This document shows positions 10,805-18,968 of a stretch of DNA of 64,000 bases, piece after piece. The position numbers and the translations under genes are program-made. Positions within the stretch are counted from its first letter, which is position 1. Every line of letters starts with the position of its first letter. This DNA comes from Armatimonadota bacterium (GTDB lineage: Bacteria > Armatimonadota > UBA5829 > DSUL01), in NCBI GenBank assembly GCA_039811685.1, contig JBDHZC010000004.1:274745-338744 (forward strand), in the 5' to 3' direction. The notes under the pieces were generated by a model. The model searched no databases. It saw nothing but the letters and a program-made list of their open reading frames with translations, and was not told the DNA's origin.

Positions 10805-13800
10805 ATGAGCGCCGCGTCAGCCACAGTTCTCAGAAGTCATTTTGGCTTCGGCAAATTCCGGCCGGGACAGGAAGAGGCTATCGAAAATCTCACGTCCGGC
10901 AAGCATACGCTCGTGGTTATGCCCACTGGGGCGGGGAAATCACTCGTCTACCAGCTCGCCGCCCTTCAGCTTGGTGGGCTTACCCTTGTCCTTTCTCCGC
11001 TTATCTCGCTGATGAGGGATCAAGTGGATGCTCTCACGCGAAGGCGGATCCCGGCGACGTTCATCAACAGCTCACTTTCGCAGGCGGAGCAGTCTCGTCG
11101 CCTTGCTGATACGGTGGCAGGCCGCTACAGACTCGTGTATGTAGCTCCAGAGCGTTTGCTCAGTGTCGCGTTTCAGCAGGCTCTATCGAACCTTCATCTG
11201 AATTTGCTGGCGGTGGACGAAGCGCACTGTGTCTCAGAGTGGGGACACGATTTTCGCCCTGATTATCTGCGCATCGCTGAAGTGCGACGTAAGCTGGGGT
11301 CTCCAGTCACGGCTGCGTTGACTGCGACGGCGACTGTGCGCGTCCAGGATGAGATCATACGTCTCTTAGAGCTGAGTAGTGCCGAGGGAGTTATCACGGG
11401 ATTCAACCGTCCGAACTTGAGCTTCGAAGTGCGCTATGCTGGGGATAGCCGGTCCAAACTTCTCCTCTTGCGCAGGCTGTTGTCCGAAGAAAGCGGTATC
11501 CCGGCCATCGTTTATTGCGGAACGCGGCGGGATAGCGAGGAGGTCGCGGCCTTTGTGTCCGAGGCGCTGGGGATTGAGGCGCTAGCTTATCACGCAGGTC
11601 TCGAAGATGGGTCTCGCGATCGTGTGCAGGCGGCGTTTATGAACGGCGATGTGCCGGTCGTCGCCGCAACTTGCGCGTTTGGAATGGGCATCGACCGGCA
11701 GGATGTGCGGCTGGTTGTGCATTTTTCGCTCCCTGGAACCCTCGAAGCTTACTATCAGGAGGCCGGGCGCGCTGGACGCGACGGTGATCCTGCACGAGCT
11801 GTGCTTCTCTACGCTCCTCAGGACAGATCACTGCAGGAGTTTTTCATAGAGAGTGATGCGTTTGATGAAGACGACCTTTCCCATGTCTATCAGGCGCTGA
11901 CGACCTGCGTCAAGGACGAGACGTGGGTGGATCCGGATAATCTCTCGCGTGCGACCGGGTTTGGGGAGACCCGGCAGCGGTTGGCGCTTGCCGGACTGGA
12001 GAAGGCCGGAATGCTTCAAAGGCTTGGGGATGAGGGCAGAGCGATGCTTGTTTCGCTCGGTGGCTGGCATCCTGAGGAGGCAAAACGCGCTGTTGCGGCC
12101 GCTCGTCAGCGTCAGGATTTCCGCTTGCGGCAGCTTGATCTGATGGTAGGCTATGGCGAAACAGATAAGTGCCGCAGACGGATCATCCTCGATCATTTTG
12201 GCGATAGTAGTCTGGGTGTCGCCGACGATTGCTGTGACAACTGCCGGTCGCTCGCCGTAGCTCGCGTTGTAAAGGACACGCCTCGTGAGTTCAGTACGCT
12301 GCCGCAGAACGAGAAGACAGCGCTGGTGATTCTCGATGCCCTGCGCCGCCTGAATTGGAGCGTAGGGCGCACAAAGCTTGGAGATTTGCTCGTAGGCAGC
12401 AAGAGCAGGGCAATGCGGGAGTGCGGCTACGATCACAGCCCCTACTACGGGCGTCTCGCGCGCTTTAAGCGCGAGGACGTGATGGACATGCTGCAACAGC
12501 TTGTGGAAATGCGATACCTTCAGGCGTCCAGCGACAGATTTCGTCCCGTGCTGAAGCTCACAGATCTGGGTGAAGAGGCAATTCGGCTTCGAGCTTCAAT
12601 CCCGCTGCGTCTGCCTCGTTCTGCGAGTGTGCCTCCAGCGCGCTACGGAAAAAAAGCGCAGCACAGCGTGAGTTCTGCTGCATTAACTTATCAGATGTTC
12701 TCAGAGAACATGGTCCCCGAGGCTATTGCGGCGGAACGCAACCTTTCGATTAGTACGGTTTACGCACATCTTGCGTTGTTCATCGCACAAGGAGGGCTGC
12801 AGATCGAGAGCGTCGTATCACCGGACCGCGTCGCCGCGATTCGCGTTGCAATAGAGCAGATAGGTAACGCCGAGGCTCTTTCACCAGTGAAAGAGTTGTT
12901 ACCTGATGAGGTAACGTACCATGAAATACGCTGCGTTGCAGAAGACTGGAAGAGAGAACACTCTGCAGGTGCGGATGCCAGTAACATTCGCAAAGCCATA
13001 CTGGAGTGTGTCAGAGCGCATCCTGGTGAATTGCCGCGCAGTCGCATCGCGGATCTGTTGACGGGCTCCCACGTCGACCGGCTGGGCGAGTGGCGTCGTG
13101 GGCCGTTTTTCAAGAACCTGTCAGGTGACAAGTCTGGCACGGTCCTGCGGGCAATAGACGATTTGATCGAGGACGGGCAGATCAAGCTCGATGATCGGCG
13201 CAAGGTCTGGCCCGCTTGGGACACAGCTTATCAAGGCGCGCGCGAGGACGATCTAGTCGGACGCTTTCTGTCGCGCTCCCATCCGCAGAAGCTGTCCGGA
13301 CCATGGGAGTGTGGCTGGGCGCTCGGGTTCTACAGCAGCTTTTCGGGGAATGAGTGGTCGCGCAGCCGGGTCGGGGATCTTGTGCACCGACTAAAATATG
13401 AAGGTGAAACCGAAGCTCTCCTTCCGCTGGTTAGCGAAGCCCTGGCCCTGATCGAAGCGCACCCGGAGTTCTCTCGGGTTGATGGTGTTGTGGCCGCGCC
13501 TCCCACCGTTGTTCGAGAATTCGACCACGTTGCTGCGTTCGCCAGATTGCTGGCGGATAGACTCCGGTTGCCTGTCTTGGCAGCAATAGAGAAAACGCGT
13601 CACACCCGGCCCCAAAAAGACTTTCGCACTCTGGCTGAGAAGAAGCATAATGTCGCAGGAGCCTATCAGAGTAGAGAGTGCGTTCGTGGGCGGCGTTTGC
13701 TTCTTGTAGACGATCTTTTCGATTCTGGCATGAGTTTGGAGGAGATGACGCAGACCTTACTGAGAGCCGGCGCAAAAGGTGTGGTTGTGCTGACAATGAC

Positions 13801-13825
13801 AAGAACTATACATTCGGATGACTAA
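10805..13825 (+). CDS. recQ: RecQ-family helicase with two RQC-like winged helices, an HTH and a C-terminal ComF-like phosphoribosyltransferase domain
   Basis: MPTGAGKS, DEAHC, QEAGRAGRDG, Zn motif CRR..CCDNC; C-terminal LLLVDDLFDSG PRPP-type loop; start could be 10760. Confidence 0.88.
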   Translation: MSAASATVLRSHFGFGKFRPGQEEAIENLTSGKHTLVVMPTGAGKSLVYQLAALQLGGLTLVLSPLISLMRDQVDALTRRRIPATFINSSLSQAEQSRRLADTVAGRYRLVYVAPERLLSVAFQQALSNLHLNLLAVDEAHCVSEWGHDFRPDYLRIAEVRRKLGSPVTAALTATATVRVQDEIIRLLELSSAEGVITGFNRPNLSFEVRYAGDSRSKLLLLRRLLSEESGIPAIVYCGTRRDSEEVAAFVSEALGIEALAYHAGLEDGSRDRVQAAFMNGDVPVVAATCAFGMGIDRQDVRLVVHFSLPGTLEAYYQEAGRAGRDGDPARAVLLYAPQDRSLQEFFIESDAFDEDDLSHVYQALTTCVKDETWVDPDNLSRATGFGETRQRLALAGLEKAGMLQRLGDEGRAMLVSLGGWHPEEAKRAVAAARQRQDFRLRQLDLMVGYGETDKCRRRIILDHFGDSSLGVADDCCDNCRSLAVARVVKDTPREFSTLPQNEKTALVILDALRRLNWSVGRTKLGDLLVGSKSRAMRECGYDHSPYYGRLARFKREDVMDMLQQLVEMRYLQASSDRFRPVLKLTDLGEEAIRLRASIPLRLPRSASVPPARYGKKAQHSVSSAALTYQMFSENMVPEAIAAERNLSISTVYAHLALFIAQGGLQIESVVSPDRVAAIRVAIEQIGNAEALSPVKELLPDEVTYHEIRCVAEDWKREHSAGADASNIRKAILECVRAHPGELPRSRIADLLTGSHVDRLGEWRRGPFFKNLSGDKSGTVLRAIDDLIEDGQIKLDDRRKVWPAWDTAYQGAREDDLVGRFLSRSHPQKLSGPWECGWALGFYSSFSGNEWSRSRVGDLVHRLKYEGETEALLPLVSEALALIEAHPEFSRVDGVVAAPPTVVREFDHVAAFARLLADRLRLPVLAAIEKTRHTRPQKDFRTLAEKKHNVAGAYQSRECVRGRRLLLVDDLFDSGMSLEEMTQTLLRAGAKGVVVLTMTRTIHSDD

Positions 13826-13831
13826 CCAAAC

Positions 13832-14800
13832 GTGAGCAGGCTTCACTGGTTTGCGCTCAGTTTGACTCCGGGAATCGGCGGGTCCACTGCACGGCGTCTC
13901 GTTGAAAAGTTCGGTAGCGCAGAAGATGTCTTCGCTGCTTCAGATGGTGAGCTCCGAGAAGTTCCGCGTGTCACGGAAGCTATCGTCGCGGCTCTTCGGG
14001 CATTGAATCTGGACGATCTCGAGCGTCAGATGGACGCGCTTGCAGATAACAACGTGAGTCTTCTAACCCTCGATGAGGCTGACGAGCGCTATCCGCCAAA
14101 CCTTCGCGCGTGCGCCGATGCACCCGGCATCCTTTACTGCGCTGGCGATCTGCTGGAGTCCGACAGCGTCGCGGTAGCTGTTGTTGGAACGCGCGAACCG
14201 TCGGCGCAGTCTGAGCGAACAGCGTTTGAGCTGGCGAGCGAACTCGCCGAGCGCGGAGTTACGGTTGTCAGCGGGCTTGCGCGGGGGATCGATACGGCAG
14301 CACACCGCGGAGCGATGTCAGCGGACTCCGGCCGTACGATTGGTGTCATCGGTTCCGGACTCAAACGCATTCACCCACGAGAGAACGCGAGCTTTGCCAG
14401 GGAGATGGCCGAGCGTGGCGCCGTGCTTTCGGAACTCGCGCCAGATATTCCACCGCAAGGGATGCATCTGATGGCGCGAGACAGGATTATCAGCGGTCTC
14501 TCCCGTGCAGTCGTTGTTGTCGAGGCGGTGGAAGGCAGCGGTAGTCTGGATACGGCAGCCAGAGCAAAGAAACAGGGTAGACCGGTCTACGCCGTGCCGG
14601 GCAGTGCTGGTTGCGATGCCTTGCTAAGGCGCGGCTCTGCGGAGATTTGTGAACCCAAGCCTGATTTCCTCGACAAACTCACTGAAGTGGCCGCCACTCC
14701 TCCTGCTGAAAAGGACGATGCAGAGTCTGGTCCAAATGGACAACTCACAGCGTCTGCTTCAGAGGACGTGCCGTCGCAACTCAAATTGTTCGATAACTGA
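13832..14800 (+). CDS. dprA: DNA-processing protein DprA/Smf-like
   Basis: SAM-like N-terminus (LTPGIG), VAVVGTR, VSGLARGIDTAAH, ARDRIISGLS, SGSL, AVPG; no obvious C-terminal winged helix. Confidence 0.9.
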   Translation: MSRLHWFALSLTPGIGGSTARRLVEKFGSAEDVFAASDGELREVPRVTEAIVAALRALNLDDLERQMDALADNNVSLLTLDEADERYPPNLRACADAPGILYCAGDLLESDSVAVAVVGTREPSAQSERTAFELASELAERGVTVVSGLARGIDTAAHRGAMSADSGRTIGVIGSGLKRIHPRENASFAREMAERGAVLSELAPDIPPQGMHLMARDRIISGLSRAVVVVEAVEGSGSLDTAARAKKQGRPVYAVPGSAGCDALLRRGSAEICEPKPDFLDKLTEVAATPPAEKDDAESGPNGQLTASASEDVPSQLKLFDN

Positions 14801-15281
14801 CGCTTCTTGAGTAGTACGGCTCCAGTCTCCAAAGATTGGAGGCTGATCAACGCAAGAGAGAGCTACGTCATTTGACGAATATCTGGAGTTTTGGAGCGAT
14901 TTTCCGCATAAGGACGGAGCTTTCCCTGCGGCGCAACCGATGCTTCGAGGTGTCAGTTTCTCGACACATGCCCAGGGCGGCCACGCGGGCTCTATCCGTA
15001 CACGATGTTGTCGCCCACTGAGTTCAGATGTTGATCAGGTACGCACACGCCTGCCGCGATTTGCGCTGGCAGAAATCTCGAACCTTTTTCGTTCAATGCA
15101 TGTTGCGTCCGGTGCCCAATCTCTGCTACACTTATCCCCGTTGAAGCGCACCGCGTTCTCCCTGGGATTATTCTGCTGACGACAGAGAGCGCCGATGTTT
15201 CACGGGCTCACGCCCCGAGCCTGGCTGCCCCCGAACGTTTACAAGAGTTCTGCTGCCGAGTCCTCGATTGAGGGACAATTT

Positions 15282-18200
15282 ATGCGTGTCCGCGCCGGGA
15301 ACAACAGAATCCTGGGTGCGCTATTTGCGCGCGTTCTCAAACACATAGCAATCTCGTCGGTGCTTCTGTCGCTCGGTGTCAGCACTCACGGTAGCGCACT
15401 TGATGCGGATGCACACACCAGACTGACAGACGGAGTCAGGGCTTCGTCCAGCATAGTGGACCCTGCCTGGTTGACGCTCTTTGCAGATTCGTCTCAACTT
15501 CCGCGCACTCAGAACGCACTCGGTGAGTTTGCCTTCTGGGGGCTGAACGCTCCGCACGGGTTTTCTCCGAGTCTCACTCCGGACCAGTTCGACATGGTCA
15601 AGAATGCCAACATTCGCGGTGTTCGCTACGATATCCTCTGGGGTGGTATCCAGCAGAACGGGCCTGACAGCTACGACTGGAACTGGAACGGTCTGCAAGA
15701 CGACATCAACACCTACGTTCAGAACGGATTCACAGTAGAGTGTTTGCTGGGCTTCTTCCCAGCGTGGGCCAATGGAATGCGGGATCGCAGCGTTCCTTCG
15801 AATACTGCCGTCGAGCAACAACTGGTGAACTTCTCATCGTCGGACACTGTCTCTCTGGGTCATGAGAACATCTTTCTCACAGAGCCGGATGAGATGCCTG
15901 TCGTAGTGACCCCAGACCCTCCACAAACCACTCGCTATTCAAATGAAGTTGTCACCACGTCCTTTCAGCAGGGGCGGGCTGTGCGCGCGAGCCACTATCC
16001 GGTCATCGTCGGCACGGAGAAGGTGGAGGTGGACGAGAACGACGGGCAGGGTTATCGCACGTGGACGAGGGTTGACAACCTCATCAACTCACCCGATGGC
16101 GCTGAGCATTACCAGTTTGACCGTTCCGGCCGTGTGAAGTTCCGCAACAACTCGCTGTTCTGGAATCACGGAAAGACACCTGCAGATGGGTCGAAAATCC
16201 GCATCAGCTACGACGCTCAGACAAAGATCTACGAGATGGGAGTTGACTACAACTTCGACAATATGAGCGGGGAGATAACGCGGCTGCCCGGAGAGGTTAC
16301 TGGTTTCCTTCCTGAGGAAAACTTCTCTACGGTTCCACTTGACTCACGCTGGCAGTGGATGAATCCTCCGATGTCTTTCAGCGTCAATGCCGCGGGCTCA
16401 GGCGTGCTGCACTACCCTGTGAATGCACCGATGAATGAGGTTGGCCATTTCCTCTATCAGACCATAGCCGGCTCAGGCGATTTTACAATCTCAGTCCGCG
16501 CAAAACAGTTTTCCGCCTCCTCAACCTCGCAAACCGGCGTGCTCATCTATCAGGACGCCGGCAACTGGTTCCGCTATTCTGTCACTTCGGATCAGGGGCG
16601 GCCGTATCTGACGAGGTGTGTGAACGGCACGGTCACGGTCTATGGCTACAGTGGCGAGCTGGGCTGGATGTGCACGGCGCCGCGCTGGGTCACCGTCCGC
16701 AAACACGGCAACACCTTCACGGTGTTCAATTCCGTCAGCAGCCTGTCCGGCCCCGACGGCGGCTATTCGAATCTCTACACTTTCACTCAGAATCTGAACT
16801 TTCCGCTGAAAGCGGGGATTTCAAGCTCAGGTGTGGACCCAGTCGGCGTGGATATCGATCAGGTTCTGATCAAGACGCCGTCAATACCTGTGGGCGGCAG
16901 CGTCCGAATCAGCTACAACGCGCTCAACACCGAGCCGTTCACCACGTTTGTGCGCGCGTTTGTGACGCAGTTTAAGGACCGCGTCAAGTACTACGAAATC
17001 AACAACGAACCAGATCAGTCCTGGTGCTGGCGCGGAGGCATGGAGCTTTATGCTGTCTGGCTTCGCGAGACCGCCAAAGCTGTGCGCGAAACAGATCCGT
17101 CCGCCAAGGTAATCTGCGGTGGTTTCGCCAACGGCGCGTCCTCAAATCTGGAGCATCTGTACGCGTCAATCGGCAAAAACTGGTTTGACTATGCGGCGTG
17201 GCACCCCTATCTGTTCTCCAATGTATCGCCGGATGCGGCCAACTGGGCGCTCAATGAATCCAACGGAGTGGGGCGGGCTGTTATGACGGACAACGGTGAT
17301 GCCAGTAAAGAGGTATTCCTCGGAGAGATGGCTACCGCCAGTGGTGTACTGACTTCGGGCGGAGGCATGGGAGACGCCAGGCAGGCTGAGTACGGAACGC
17401 GGCTCCTTATGTGGGCCAGACGCGTGGGATGGGCCAAAGCCGTGCAATGGTGGCCCGCCATCGATCTGTACCCAGTTGGCGTAGCAGAAGACAATCAGTG
17501 GGGCGGGCACGAAGGCCTCTTCTATTCCAGCGGGGCGCCCAAACCAGTGTTCTGGTCCATGAAGAATCTCGCCTCAAATCGAGGTGTGCTTATGGATCTG
17601 GGGTCTTATGATGCAAATAACAACTTGACTCCGGCGTCCGGGCACTATACGGTTAACAAGGTCGTACTGGGAGTTCAAGATCGGTCGGCGGTTGCATCAG
17701 TCAATGTTCTCACATCACTCACCAACACCGATGACAGCAGCAAGCCTGCAGTCGTCGCGGCGGCGTTTTCCGGACAATCTGGCGGTCAAGCGTTTACTGT
17801 AAATGTTAATACCACGTCCTCCGGGCTGAAAACCGAAACCTGGACACTCTCTCGCCTGTCCACGCGATCCTTTGGTGTCAGCGGCTCAGCGTCCGGCCCA
17901 CAAGGCACAGCCGTTGTCGGTCAGCCTTTCACTTCATACAACGGTGTTGTGAGTTTCACTCTGCCGTCTGTTCCCAATGGCTATGCGTCTGGAGACTCCT
18001 TTGTTTTCAGAACATTTCGAGGTGACGGCTTCAAGACTGCGGCAAGTTGGACCAATGGCTCGGGCACGACAAATCTGAACGACCTGCTGCCTCCATCGGA
18101 AGGGTCTGGACCACAGCTTTCATCGGTTCTGAGCGGCCCTGGTGACATTGTGATCGATCTTCCGGCGCCTGCCGATGCGCGCTACGTCTCTATTCAGGTA

Positions 18201-18833
18201 TCTAAAGTGCCAGAAGCTGCATCCTTCTCGCTGGATGAGGTTCAGGTGATAGACACGCAAGGCGCCAATGTTGCTCTTGGAAAACTCTACGTCGTGGACG
18301 GATATCAGGATGTCTTTCAGTCCGGGGTGTTGGATGGTGAACGTGTTGGAGCTGCCAAGGCACTGCCTGACGGCACTCCGGTCACTCTTGACGATTGCGT
18401 GCTCTACTACAAGCAGGGGACCCTGGCGTATGTCTCGGACGTCGGCCGTGCGGCAGGAATTCGCCTCGAAGGCGTAATAGACGCACCGGAAGGTTCGATT
18501 ATCACCGCTAACGGCGTGCTTGGAACAACATCCGGTGGCGAGCGTTTCGTCCAGCTCTCAAGCGCTTTCAAGACTGGGTCAACCACTCTGCAGCCCTTGT
18601 TCGCTCAAAATCATGCGCTGAAGATGCCTCTTATGGATGGGCTCTTCGTCTGTGCCTTTGGAAGAGTGGTGGCCGGCTCCGTGACTCCAAACTCCTACGT
18701 TCTCTCGGACGGCTCGGGATCTGCCGGTGTGAGAGTTGTCACTCCGGGGACTCCTTCGGTTTCGGAGGGCGATCTGGTAAAAGTCACAGGCGCGGCGGGC
18801 TATGACTCCGGACGGGTCATCTACACCCATTGA
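15282..18833 (+). CDS. Secreted multidomain clan GH-A glycoside hydrolase (GH39/GH5-like) with a large internal insertion and the shared C-terminal domain
   Basis: Signal peptide; VRYDILW, YYEINNEPD (acid/base), WHPY, VFLGEM (nucleophile); ATG 15282 with GAGGGA RBS. Confidence 0.75.
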   Translation: MRVRAGNNRILGALFARVLKHIAISSVLLSLGVSTHGSALDADAHTRLTDGVRASSSIVDPAWLTLFADSSQLPRTQNALGEFAFWGLNAPHGFSPSLTPDQFDMVKNANIRGVRYDILWGGIQQNGPDSYDWNWNGLQDDINTYVQNGFTVECLLGFFPAWANGMRDRSVPSNTAVEQQLVNFSSSDTVSLGHENIFLTEPDEMPVVVTPDPPQTTRYSNEVVTTSFQQGRAVRASHYPVIVGTEKVEVDENDGQGYRTWTRVDNLINSPDGAEHYQFDRSGRVKFRNNSLFWNHGKTPADGSKIRISYDAQTKIYEMGVDYNFDNMSGEITRLPGEVTGFLPEENFSTVPLDSRWQWMNPPMSFSVNAAGSGVLHYPVNAPMNEVGHFLYQTIAGSGDFTISVRAKQFSASSTSQTGVLIYQDAGNWFRYSVTSDQGRPYLTRCVNGTVTVYGYSGELGWMCTAPRWVTVRKHGNTFTVFNSVSSLSGPDGGYSNLYTFTQNLNFPLKAGISSSGVDPVGVDIDQVLIKTPSIPVGGSVRISYNALNTEPFTTFVRAFVTQFKDRVKYYEINNEPDQSWCWRGGMELYAVWLRETAKAVRETDPSAKVICGGFANGASSNLEHLYASIGKNWFDYAAWHPYLFSNVSPDAANWALNESNGVGRAVMTDNGDASKEVFLGEMATASGVLTSGGGMGDARQAEYGTRLLMWARRVGWAKAVQWWPAIDLYPVGVAEDNQWGGHEGLFYSSGAPKPVFWSMKNLASNRGVLMDLGSYDANNNLTPASGHYTVNKVVLGVQDRSAVASVNVLTSLTNTDDSSKPAVVAAAFSGQSGGQAFTVNVNTTSSGLKTETWTLSRLSTRSFGVSGSASGPQGTAVVGQPFTSYNGVVSFTLPSVPNGYASGDSFVFRTFRGDGFKTAASWTNGSGTTNLNDLLPPSEGSGPQLSSVLSGPGDIVIDLPAPADARYVSIQVSKVPEAASFSLDEVQVIDTQGANVALGKLYVVDGYQDVFQSGVLDGERVGAAKALPDGTPVTLDDCVLYYKQGTLAYVSDVGRAAGIRLEGVIDAPEGSIITANGVLGTTSGGERFVQLSSAFKTGSTTLQPLFAQNHALKMPLMDGLFVCAFGRVVAGSVTPNSYVLSDGSGSAGVRVVTPGTPSVSEGDLVKVTGAAGYDSGRVIYTH

Positions 18834-18910
18834 GCCGCGTTTCGTCCGCCTCTGTCCCGCACGCCGCCGTAACATAAGCTCACGGTCAGGCGCACTGGTC
18901 GCAGCAAGAA

Positions 18911-18944
18911 AAGACAGCCTCTGACGAAAGCCGGAGGCTGTCTT
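18911..18944. terminator. Hairpin between convergent genes, probable terminator
   Basis: AAGACAGCCTC..GAGGCTGTCTT; T-rich tail on minus strand. Confidence 0.65.
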
Positions 18945-18968
18945 AGAATCCCCATGAAGAAGTGTCCT

